Of a stretch of 37,818 bases of DNA, positions 10,501 to 17,964 are shown in pieces; the stretch's first letter is position 1; each line of letters opens with the position of its first letter. The translations under genes and the position numbers were made by a program. The notes beneath the pieces are model-generated. The model was not told the origin of the DNA. It worked only from the letters and a program-made list of their open reading frames with translations, and made no database searches. The stretch is from Myxococcota bacterium (GTDB taxonomy: Bacteria; Myxococcota; XYA12-FULL-58-9; JALHOP01), in NCBI GenBank assembly GCA_041288095.1, contig JBGGMJ010000190.1:1-37818 (forward strand). The letters run 5' to 3'.

Positions 10501-13500
10501 CCTTGATCAGGCGCTCCGCCGCGTTCTTGGTCTTGACGGTGATCTTGGTAACGCCGGGCTCGCTGTCGAGGAGCTTGCTGCACGCGCGCTCGATCTCGGC
10601 GGGCAACAGACCGCCGGTGGGGAGGCGCGCCACGAGCATGCGTAGGTCGGCCTCGGTGCCGCCATCGATCAAGCGGGTCACGGCTTCCTTGGTCGATTTG
10701 AGGACCGCGGCGGTGAGCACGGCGGCGACGCCGTCGTAGTCTTTCTTGAGTGTTGCGAGGTGCGGGTTCGCGACGATGTCGACCGCGTTCGAGCTCTGCG
10801 CGGTGAGAATGCCCGACGTGCCGTAGAGCTGCGCCAAGCACGTTGCGACAGCGGCGGCGACGCCGTCGTGCACGGGCAAGCGCTCGACCGGAGCGAGGAC
10901 GTGGCGCACGATGGCGCTGGTGACGATATCTTGCAGGTCGGCGTCGGAGTTCGCCGCGGCGCGTGCGACGTCGCTCGCGAGGAACAGTAGACGTTGTCCG
11001 TCAAAGCGGATGAGCTGCCGGTCCTGCAGGCTGACGCCGGTGATGCTCGCGTCGGCGGCGGCGATCAGGTCGACGAAAGCAGTAGCCATGGCGGAGCCGC
11101 CGGGCACGCCGGCGAGGATGTGGCTGGTCAAGGCGATGAGATCGTGGCGCTGCGTGACGGGCTCGGCGCGGACGCGGGTACAGGCCGCCGCGAGCTCCTG
11201 CGGGAGCGGCGGGTCGCCGGTGGAGGTCTGGAGCACCAAGCGCAAGCGCTTCTGCTGGATCTCGAGCTTGCCGTCGCGAATGCGTTCGACGTTGTCGGTC
11301 CCGGCGACCTCCGACAGGCGCATGAGCAAGTCGCGCGGCAGGCGCGCCGCGTTGCGGATGAGCAGGATCGAGGCTTCGCGCTGGGCTCGCCAAACGAGAC
11401 CTTCGTAGCGCTCGAAGCGACCGTCGTCGTTCTGCACCAAGCCGCCGAAGAGTGACGACTCGGAGAGCTGCTCGTTGCCTTCGATCTCGATGATCTCCGA
11501 CGCCGACAGGCGCGCCATGCTCTGGATGGCGGCGCGGCCGACGAAGGGATCGCCATGGATCTGCAGCGACTCGGCGAACTGCGCCGCCGCGAACTCCTTG
11601 CTCTGGATCTCGTCGAGGCCTTCGACGCGGGGCAAGATGGCTTCGTGCTGCGGCACGCCCTTGCGAATGCCGCGGCTGTCGCGGGGCACCGACCATTCGC
11701 CGAAGCGGACGAAATGTTGAGTCGCCGAGACGTCGGTGCCGGCGGGTGCCGCGATGCCTTCGCAGATGAAGCGTTTGGTGAGGTGCGAGAAGAGCGCGCG
11801 GTCGCTCTCGTTGTCGAAGCGCTCGCCGTAGACGTCGACGATGAGGCGGTGCAGGGTCTCGACTTCGTCGGTGACCGCGCCTTGCGCCGTGAGGTGCTTC
11901 AAGCGGCGTGCGACGGCTTCGGCGTCGCGGTTCAGGAACGAGCCGATGGCGAGGGCAGAGGCAAACTCGCCCTTACGCAAGAGCTCGTTCATGCAGATGT
12001 GGAACCGCGCCAACAGGCGCGCCGAGTCGACGGAGATCTGCGTGCGGTGATGGATGTTCTCGAGCAGCTCGGAGGCGGCGCGGGACAAGACCTCTTGGGT
12101 CGGCGCCTGCACCCGTGTCGACAGCAGCGGAGTCAGCAGGCGGTTTTCGAGCGCCGGCGAGAACTCGTGCGGCGAGCCCGGCTTGCGCAGCATGATCATG
12201 CGGAAGTTGGGATTGGCCTTGATGGTACGGGCCGACCGCGGCAAGTCGATCGATTGCCGGCCGTCACCGAGCGAGTTCAGGCGCTCGAGCTTGGAGCTGG
12301 GGATGGAGCCGCAGCCGCGCAGGACGAGGAGGTGGCCGTTCTGAACCGCCTGGGCGATCTCCTGCATCTCGGGCGTGAAGCCGCCCTTCACCGTCGGATC
12401 GTCGGTGAGGACCAGCTTCTCGATGAGCTGCTCGATGTCGGTGTTCGGAGTGAGGGTGACCACCACGAGGCGCTTGCCGAGCAGACGCGCGTACTCGCGT
12501 AGGGTCTCCATCGACTCGCCGTTGGGATCGTCGGTGAGCGACATCGGCCGGCCGCGGCCCATGACGTCGGCGTCGGCGATGCACGAGAGGTTTTGCACGC
12601 GCGCCGGCGTGAGCGGGAAGCGCTCGTTCGACGGACGCCACGGGGTCTCGGCGCCGAGCGGCACTCGGGTGTTGCCGAAGTAGACGGCGTCGCCTTCTTG
12701 GCGCGGCACGAGTAGGTCGACGGCTTCGCTCGCGGCGTGGCCAAAGGTGCGGGTGATCCGCGCCAGTGCCTCACCCTCGAGGTCACGCGGCATCTTGGAG
12801 AGGAGGGTGAGCTCGGCGGCGCGCATGGCCGACCCGGCGACGCCCGTGGTGCGTCGCTTCTCGATGTAGAGCTCGAGGAACGAGGAGAGGACGCGCGGCG
12901 TGAGCGGTGAAGCGCCCGCGCCCGCTTGCAGGGTGCGCAGATCGTCGAAGAAGGAGACCAGGCGCGCCACTTCCTCCGCCGAGGTCAGGCGATCGCCGAC
13001 GACGATGTTGGCGTTCGCGACCTTCATTGCCTCGACCGACAACGAGCCGGCCGGGACCATGCCGGCGACGCGCGCCGCCGACTGCGGATCCTTGGCTTTG
13101 ACGAGCAGCGCCGAGATGAGCTCGCGCAGCGGCGCGAACTTGTCGCCTTTGAACTGCCACAAAGCGAGTGCGAGGGCGCGCTCTTGTTCCGGCGTGAAGG
13201 CGAAGATTGGCGTCGTGGCGAGCGCGAGCACGAGCGTCTTCTGGAAGTGAGCCTCGTCGCGCTTGCCGGCGCCGACCAGCCCCTTCAAGAACGTCATCAT
13301 GCCCTTGGGCGGATCGACGTCGATGCAGGCGAGCTTCAGGGCATCGCCGAAGGCGTTTCCGGGCCTGCAGATCTGCAGCAAGGCGTCGCGTGCGCTATTG
13401 CGGTCAGCCGCTTCGAAGCTCTGCGGCGAGCGCAGGAGCTCACGGGGCTCCCCGTCGCAGTAGTCGCGCTGAGCGATCTCGTTGAGCTCGTCGAAGCCGC

Positions 13501-16500
13501 GTGGCTCGCGAATGCCGACGATCACCAAGCGGCTGGCTTCGGGATCGGAGAAGCCGTCGGCGCGGATGTCGTCGCCGTTGGTGGTGAAGATCTGGCGGAA
13601 CTCGGGATGCCAGCGATCTTCGGGCGGGCCGCCGCGGCGGCGCAGGGTGCGCGACGGACGCGACGGGATCTTGATCTGCGAGCCTTCGGTGACCGGGTTG
13701 AGCGACTCGCGCGTCTGATTGGGGAGAGTCAGGAGCTCGTCGCCGCAGTACCAGGCGCCGATCTGCGCCGCGATATCGAGCGGCGACTCTTGGAAGCGCA
13801 CCTCGCCCTCGGGCGTGAGCACCGTCGTGCCGAAGATGTTCTCCTCGGACATGTCGGCGTGGTACGCCTGCTCGAGCAGCGGTTGGTTCAAGTGGTGTGC
13901 GAGATAGCGGACGAGCATCGTCTTGCCCGAGCCGGTGATGCCGACGATGGCGAGCGGCTGATCGAGCTCGAGGGCGAGCAGCGCATCCTCGAGGAAGTCG
14001 AGCTGCGCCCCGATGGGCTCGCCGATGCGATCCTTGCTGGGCACCATGGCTTGGTGCACCGGGTTATCGAGCTTGCGGACGGGATAACGCGCGACGCCGA
14101 CCTTGAGGTACTCGACGCCGTCGACGGTGATACGCTCGACGCCATTGGGTCGCGTGAGCTCGTGGACGTCGGAGCCGAAGTGGCGCTTGATGAGTGTCTC
14201 GAAGACGCGCTGCGCGGTGTCCGGCGCCTGGAGCAGGCCGCGAACGAGCCGCATGGTCTCTCGACCCAGCACACGGCGCTGCTCGTTCGGATCGGTGATG
14301 CCGTCACGCTTGATCAGGTGCTCGGCGCGTCGCGCCGCTTTGAGCATGTCGCGCTCGGTGCAGGTGAGCGGCCCGAACGTCTTGCCGAGCTCGCCACGAC
14401 GCTCGTTCCACACCGCTTCGAGGTCGACGAAGAACTTGGCGATGGTGAGGACCGGGTCGAACGACTTGTCGGAGAAAAAGCCACCGGCGCTGGTGCGCCA
14501 CTGGCGTGCTAGGCCGCACTGCGATGCGACGATGTCGGCGCGCTCGTTGACCGGCTTTTCGCGCACCATGACGCGGAACATGCAGTCGTCGATGACGGGC
14601 GGCTGTTCCTTGCGGCCGCGGGTGCCGAGTGGATTCTCCGCGAAGTAGAGAATCGAAGCGCCGATGGAGCGAGGCAACCCGGTGTCGGGGTCGATGACGG
14701 CGCGGCGGTGATCGAGCAGGGACTTCATGCTCATCATCGCTTCGGTGCTGAGGTTGCGCTCGTCGCCGATCCACGCGCCTTCGGTCTCGAGCGTCGCCTT
14801 GATCAGCGGCCCGCTGACCATCTGGAACTGCACGCCCTGCTCGGTCTTCACTGGGCTCAAACCGCCGTAGAGGTCCGACGCTTCGGTGGCCGCCGAGAAA
14901 TTGTAACGCTCCGGCGTCCTGTCCGCGATGGCGGACCAGAGTATGCCGAGCACGGTTTTGCCGGCGGCGGCCTTACCAACGGTGAGCACTGGACGCTCGA
15001 GCTTGTAGGCGAGGGCCAGCGGCAGCAGGGTGTCGGCCATGCTGGGTGTGAGGTCGAAGCCGGTGGTGGCGACGCGTTGGCTCACGTCGGCTTGGCTTAA
15101 GCCCATGACCCGCATCCACACCGGCGGTGTGCCGTCGGCGAACCGCGGAAGCTTGGCGAGCGCCGGGCTCTTGGCCTCGTCGAAGAGCAAGCGAGCCGCG
15201 TGCGCTACCGCTTGGTCAGCTGGCACGTGCGCGGCAAGGAGCGTCGCGGCGCCGGCGAAGTCGCGGGAGCGTTGCAGCTTGAGCAAACCGATCTGGGGGG
15301 CTTCGGCGTGGATCTCGGTGGCGACGCGCTCGATGAGGGCGCGCAGCTCGGGCGAGGCAGCGGCCGGGATGAGGCTGAAAGCGTCGCTCAAGCTCGGTGA
15401 GTCGAAGCGGATCTCGGTTAGCAAGGCGCGCTCGCGCGCCGGGGGTGTGCGCCGCGTCCGGTCCGCTCCAGCGGTCGCCGAGAAGTAGATGCGACTCTCG
15501 GGGTGGACCGGAACGGTCACGGCCTGACCATCTTTCATGATGGTCAGCGAGGTCTTCTCGACGAGCCGTATGAGGGCCTCCTGGCGCTCGAGCGACAGGT
15601 GGTCGATGTGGTCGAAATAGAGGATCTTGCCGTTCAGCAACGCATCGGTGATGACGCCGGGCACGAACTCGACGCTGCCGTCCTTCTTGAAGACTGGGCG
15701 CTCGATGAGGCTCTGCGGATCGACGCCCGGGTGGCAGGTGACGGTGACGAGGTCGCGCCCGAAGCGGCGAGCGAGCTCGTTCACGAGGCTCGTGGAACCC
15801 GCCTGACCGGGAGCGGTGAACATGACCGGCTCGCCGGCGAGATGCGCGGCTTCGGCCTGCGCCATGGCTTCGACCTGCGCGCCGATGGGCGTCCAGCCGC
15901 CGTCTGGGGTCGCCGCCGTGAGGGGCTGCGGGGCGGGATGACCGTCGTTCGTGATCACCGCGCGGAGCGCCGCCTGTGAGCCTTCGCTCGCGAGGCGCGT
16001 ACCGTAGATGCCCCAGATTGCGTTCGAGATGTCCTGCGGTTGCGGCGTCGGCAGGTTCTTCAGACGCCGCGCGACGCGCTCGAGCATCGGGTAAGCGAGC
16101 GGAAACCCGCGGCCGAAGTCGATCTGCTGCTCGGGCTGGTCGCTCGTTTGCCCAGCCTTGATGGTCTCGTGTTTGTCGGCGAGCTTGCTCGCCAGTGCAC
16201 GGCTGATGCCGACGCGCTCGCTGAGCAGGCGTACGTGATCGTCGCGCGTATAAGCGCTCACCTCGGTCAGAGCGCAGACGGAGGTCAGCTCCGCGCTGCA
16301 ACGCGCGCGGTTGCTGGTCATCAGTACGAGGCGAAAATCGGGGTGCACCGGCACGATCTTGCCGGAGACTGGGTGGTGGAACTCCGCCACGCCCTTGGCG
16401 AGACCGGAGAGGATCGCGAGCACGTCTTTTTCCGCCTGCTCGAGACACTCGGCGACGAATACACCGCCGTTCATGATGCACTCGGTGAGCGGCCCGTGGT

Positions 16501-17047
16501 GGACACGCAAGCGTCCCTGGGCGTCAGGGCGCAGGGCGCCGGCGAGCGAGTCGAGCGAGGTAATGCGCGAGATGCGTTGGTGACGGTAGGGAGTGCCGGC
16601 GACCTCGAAGAACCAGCGGGCCGTGGCGCCGCCATCGACGCCTTCGGGCAGCGAGACCAGCGCCGGGACGCCCGACTTGAGGACGTCCGCGAGTGAGCGG
16701 ATGACCTCTTCCTGGGGCCGCAGGATAGTCAGCTCGGCGGCTTTGTCCGACGGAACCGGCAGCGTCAACGTGCCGACACGTAGCTCGCCGTTGCCGTGCT
16801 CGACCTTCTGGGCCGCTTTCAGCGCGCTCTCGAGGCCCTCTTGGGTGACTCGGGTCTCACGTGCCTCGTTGACGGCACGATGGGTGCGGTCAAGGACGTC
16901 AGCGACGACGTTTTGCACCTTCTGTTGGCGTGCGCCCTCGGGTTGGTCCGGGGCCTTCTGCTGGTCGCGCTCCGGGGTCTGGGCGTTGTGATCGCCTGCC
17001 GTCGGGCGCTGCCATGGTCGAAATCCTGCTCCAGCGGTATCGGTCAT
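4574..17047 (-). CDS. Giant midasin (Rea1/Mdn1)-like protein: six AAA+ modules, helical linker, two vWA/MIDAS domains (4157 aa)
   Basis: Uninterrupted 12.5-kb ORF. Walker A GKAAAGKT (14954-14977) and GITGSGKT (13919-13942); Walker B WIGDE and WYCGDE. Four further degenerate modules, including VHPDFRL, VHPESRI, ANPNFRM and SPALENR signatures. MIDAS motifs DQSGS (6149-6163) and DESSS (5075-5089). Confidence 0.88.
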   Translation of the reverse strand: MTDTAGAGFRPWQRPTAGDHNAQTPERDQQKAPDQPEGARQQKVQNVVADVLDRTHRAVNEARETRVTQEGLESALKAAQKVEHGNGELRVGTLTLPVPSDKAAELTILRPQEEVIRSLADVLKSGVPALVSLPEGVDGGATARWFFEVAGTPYRHQRISRITSLDSLAGALRPDAQGRLRVHHGPLTECIMNGGVFVAECLEQAEKDVLAILSGLAKGVAEFHHPVSGKIVPVHPDFRLVLMTSNRARCSAELTSVCALTEVSAYTRDDHVRLLSERVGISRALASKLADKHETIKAGQTSDQPEQQIDFGRGFPLAYPMLERVARRLKNLPTPQPQDISNAIWGIYGTRLASEGSQAALRAVITNDGHPAPQPLTAATPDGGWTPIGAQVEAMAQAEAAHLAGEPVMFTAPGQAGSTSLVNELARRFGRDLVTVTCHPGVDPQSLIERPVFKKDGSVEFVPGVITDALLNGKILYFDHIDHLSLERQEALIRLVEKTSLTIMKDGQAVTVPVHPESRIYFSATAGADRTRRTPPARERALLTEIRFDSPSLSDAFSLIPAAASPELRALIERVATEIHAEAPQIGLLKLQRSRDFAGAATLLAAHVPADQAVAHAARLLFDEAKSPALAKLPRFADGTPPVWMRVMGLSQADVSQRVATTGFDLTPSMADTLLPLALAYKLERPVLTVGKAAAGKTVLGILWSAIADRTPERYNFSAATEASDLYGGLSPVKTEQGVQFQMVSGPLIKATLETEGAWIGDERNLSTEAMMSMKSLLDHRRAVIDPDTGLPRSIGASILYFAENPLGTRGRKEQPPVIDDCMFRVMVREKPVNERADIVASQCGLARQWRTSAGGFFSDKSFDPVLTIAKFFVDLEAVWNERRGELGKTFGPLTCTERDMLKAARRAEHLIKRDGITDPNEQRRVLGRETMRLVRGLLQAPDTAQRVFETLIKRHFGSDVHELTRPNGVERITVDGVEYLKVGVARYPVRKLDNPVHQAMVPSKDRIGEPIGAQLDFLEDALLALELDQPLAIVGITGSGKTMLVRYLAHHLNQPLLEQAYHADMSEENIFGTTVLTPEGEVRFQESPLDIAAQIGAWYCGDELLTLPNQTRESLNPVTEGSQIKIPSRPSRTLRRRGGPPEDRWHPEFRQIFTTNGDDIRADGFSDPEASRLVIVGIREPRGFDELNEIAQRDYCDGEPRELLRSPQSFEAADRNSARDALLQICRPGNAFGDALKLACIDVDPPKGMMTFLKGLVGAGKRDEAHFQKTLVLALATTPIFAFTPEQERALALALWQFKGDKFAPLRELISALLVKAKDPQSAARVAGMVPAGSLSVEAMKVANANIVVGDRLTSAEEVARLVSFFDDLRTLQAGAGASPLTPRVLSSFLELYIEKRRTTGVAGSAMRAAELTLLSKMPRDLEGEALARITRTFGHAASEAVDLLVPRQEGDAVYFGNTRVPLGAETPWRPSNERFPLTPARVQNLSCIADADVMGRGRPMSLTDDPNGESMETLREYARLLGKRLVVVTLTPNTDIEQLIEKLVLTDDPTVKGGFTPEMQEIAQAVQNGHLLVLRGCGSIPSSKLERLNSLGDGRQSIDLPRSARTIKANPNFRMIMLRKPGSPHEFSPALENRLLTPLLSTRVQAPTQEVLSRAASELLENIHHRTQISVDSARLLARFHICMNELLRKGEFASALAIGSFLNRDAEAVARRLKHLTAQGAVTDEVETLHRLIVDVYGERFDNESDRALFSHLTKRFICEGIAAPAGTDVSATQHFVRFGEWSVPRDSRGIRKGVPQHEAILPRVEGLDEIQSKEFAAAQFAESLQIHGDPFVGRAAIQSMARLSASEIIEIEGNEQLSESSLFGGLVQNDDGRFERYEGLVWRAQREASILLIRNAARLPRDLLMRLSEVAGTDNVERIRDGKLEIQQKRLRLVLQTSTGDPPLPQELAAACTRVRAEPVTQRHDLIALTSHILAGVPGGSAMATAFVDLIAAADASITGVSLQDRQLIRFDGQRLLFLASDVARAAANSDADLQDIVTSAIVRHVLAPVERLPVHDGVAAAVATCLAQLYGTSGILTAQSSNAVDIVANPHLATLKKDYDGVAAVLTAAVLKSTKEAVTRLIDGGTEADLRMLVARLPTGGLLPAEIERACSKLLDSEPGVTKITVKTKNAAERLIKAIDESGFASKPLEGDVLEFMRGARLWDLEHRCEIISRYADAFALCAGFGSEAADAARRELASVTERFEASAAEGTIRQVRDSVEDALEAYRQHGGGTDNVLQERYEKVIERWDWVTGTPLFKNHHQLRGHLAELHNALDALREAHDDRGATRDEVSGLLSALRAAGSALEGIRIAEQSADLRRAVADAQRGTREVVDELLGHLGQVKTLRTAKEMLATLGRVKKNASDLSRAEFLQLPSGPLKIDAPHRASKAELEAEATQQAKAEERDKVEAARAELFAELAQETMDRKAPPVDKFFADYDLALGDTGLAQPTQQARSSAAQARYEDALGRLEQESGSRIAETKRKVLAELEKKKAAEYETAYRQRVESAVERSASRNAMAAIALGKDLQLLATQLGDAADTTTTRAIEDARTALRTAEGEARAWGDGLRRRFGFGRMIDDGGMPLYMRQHEAPNRDEACKLVEEALAKIEERVNHTMAGLPDISPLESHIASCGAIEDVLASSDTLGLASSRYAALHQAARENVEISGALQASIARLGPDATARNLLMRVAAFSQVADDLSSRFAAKSGVAYGFANVIEATMRAAQVIRQQSLRDKSARACITALDQALQRYQEAAKSAKPDAQLQQLEQEMIELKRAFLGAQTTAKSVTLQDAGVDAIFEMLSSGTGRGGSHGERIRNALDGEAFASDREKGMGPTTLSRIVSPAPAQVMTVRDTELRLLDLSTVGLKPPQHVTRRESDSTRDQVRRAMDDVLERTVAAGDRLSRSHTEARTLLAALEKATQGSTWQRASATFNTAKDALDALARGSDADIPALQTSLDAALEALTRVLAVVEPSELFPAAATAKLAKIVEAGRDLKLVFDSTVLAREVTRFAMSARSQLDEVQELAPKSGDSSAGGQDAMALARLAEIIDALGNDSAAITAYSRRALFHSMAARLAQLGEGLTGNEAAGARELSTKAAGFRDELAQYVPTATAERCLAEVAAAFTELGGRLDIQTKVTDRQLADYLKLAEAVDEVCLSSLERHKLVAAIDVAADRVAPFVADLMGPLASAGRDIESHLRALHGELFNDDAARVADHFTSGVAPYLKDREAAIARLGASKRALAAFDSTSGSPAALINELLDAAGAANAMTKGPYSGRVAAAVVSLMDAVQKAQSVPGLGSELEKASDKLRELRAEAERYAGDAASSNHFEGMALKLREYLAKLGKNKPSVATLQQAQTVVEAMLGLLDVEARAVAKQVASVASKYFSGNIRGLEVSAPKSEASQAATTNMGRVHQATWAPSQDQTSPPSSGLTALFGGKSDTGTAGGTVGVGSGGEGIAGGAGDGTGVQAVDAPPADEPEGNAPLADPKTPTGEINAPQNKVGDGPTNGRGKIEVIELSDVAVQNTVDEMQAALAAQRLVGASPDETRPKNAFERFCAENQGLVDNLRAVLRKYPCEVVVVVDQSGSTQGEVIRHEQAVVAMVMGALLGSEGSCSVLGLGDNIGVGSYAPGTNIEGAQVWVHKPMSQPLTPDSADATYRVCGNANGGTIIIPAINTALGQFTSKSNDKLILIMTDAQVNNAGEIRALIDQARANGVGVAMLGFSEAKNLKSVAGDFGMHVTSFRGAVDGAASLLTKCLVSNQGRFRGRVEAKGAGIGTAILDTPLSAAGSPGPMASSLRLEAALPTTNEPNEVLGSTGDARDVDQLATRAIYDGVCKQLELAQQKATSTASYRACRAKVAELWAKHQRDGTASRLRDAVSMSLPRAGGMERLRKQTSGPLLDENQIPLYVSGLAQKMPVLNIFKKNKGSDEIRAQVVLAIDESSSMGDSDKARANIEALIAYGDALKAVDQNIKIAVIGYSDRVRLHAGFDQEWNEELKAHLLHQIRCEGDATDDERGIAEGAALLDMIEADIGQIVSFGDGQGLPGAHSTLQKAVAKGYSVVAAGIGAECKGVLQFGDNSLYARNLAQFVHQFANVALRCWERSNQSPGK

Positions 17048-17268
17048 GGCTCGTGTTCGTCGTGGGTGATGATGTCCGATTGGCTGCGTGGGAGCGCCGC
17101 CTAAGCATCGGAGTTATCGTTCAGTCCGCCCCAGGGTTGCGCCGTGCGACATGACAGACCCCCCGCGATCGGGTGTCAGAGTGGCACCGGGAAGATCGGG
17201 GTCAGAAGCACCCCGACGACGTGTCGGCCCGATAACAGGAATCGAGACCAACGAAATTGGGGTTAGTC

Positions 17269-17922
17269 ATGGCCATTCAGCCCGCGCACACCTTCCATCA
17301 CGCTTCGCAGGCCCACGCCGCCCTCATGGCCGCCGGCAGCCAGGTCGCCGAGCTCGGAGCACGGGTCACCGGTGCCCTGAAGGCGTCCGCTGCAACCCTC
17401 GACACCTACGGGCCACGGGGCGCGACTCCATCGTTCGCGCATGACCTTCGCACTCATGCAGGCGCGCTGGAGCAGTCGCTCGCGGGCATCGCTGCCCTCG
17501 TTGCGATGGGCGACAAATACTACGCGCACGTGGCATTGCATGGTGGCGAGACCGCGTTCATCGCCAACATGACTGAGACGCTACCTTATCTCGAGTCGAC
17601 GGCGGCCGAGTTGGAGCGAGCCATCCCCTTCGCGGAAGACCAACAACGGACCGCGGGGGTCGTCGCTCAGGTGAGCCACGTTGTCCAGGCAGGGGACGCC
17701 GTCGCCGCCACCATTGACGACGTGAATGCAAACCTCGCGAGGACCATCGAGCACTTAGCGAGCCGGGCGGCCAGCACTCCCGAGGCGCCGAGTCGCGTCG
17801 ACGCGACCGCTGCACTCCGCGCCGCCAACGCCACGAGCCGGGCGGACCTCGAGCGTTACAGCGCGCAGCTCGTAGCCGATCGCCAGCGCGGTCGAAACAC
17901 GAACCCCGCGGCCAAGGGCTGA
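17269..17922 (+). CDS. Hypothetical Ala-rich alpha-helical protein
   Basis: ORF fills the gap between the giant gene and carB with plausible codon usage. ATG 17269 preferred over TTG 17257. No recognisable motif. Confidence 0.7.
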   Translation: MAIQPAHTFHHASQAHAALMAAGSQVAELGARVTGALKASAATLDTYGPRGATPSFAHDLRTHAGALEQSLAGIAALVAMGDKYYAHVALHGGETAFIANMTETLPYLESTAAELERAIPFAEDQQRTAGVVAQVSHVVQAGDAVAATIDDVNANLARTIEHLASRAASTPEAPSRVDATAALRAANATSRADLERYSAQLVADRQRGRNTNPAAKG

Positions 17923-17964
17923 GCCTAGCCAAAGGTCCCGGATCGGCGTAAACGACCGGCACTC

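Noticed and set aside
5624..14512. Long plus-strand ORFs (564, 604, 528 aa and others) antisense to the giant gene
   Set aside because: Typical high-GC shadow ORFs opposite a real gene, with no motifs.
4574..17047. Eukaryotic contamination, true dynein, or NRPS/PKS explanation for the giant ORF
   Set aside because: No introns, bacterial-style coupled operon, composition similar to neighbours; C-terminal vWA domains and no dynein tail or long coiled-coil stalk; no A/C/KS motifs.
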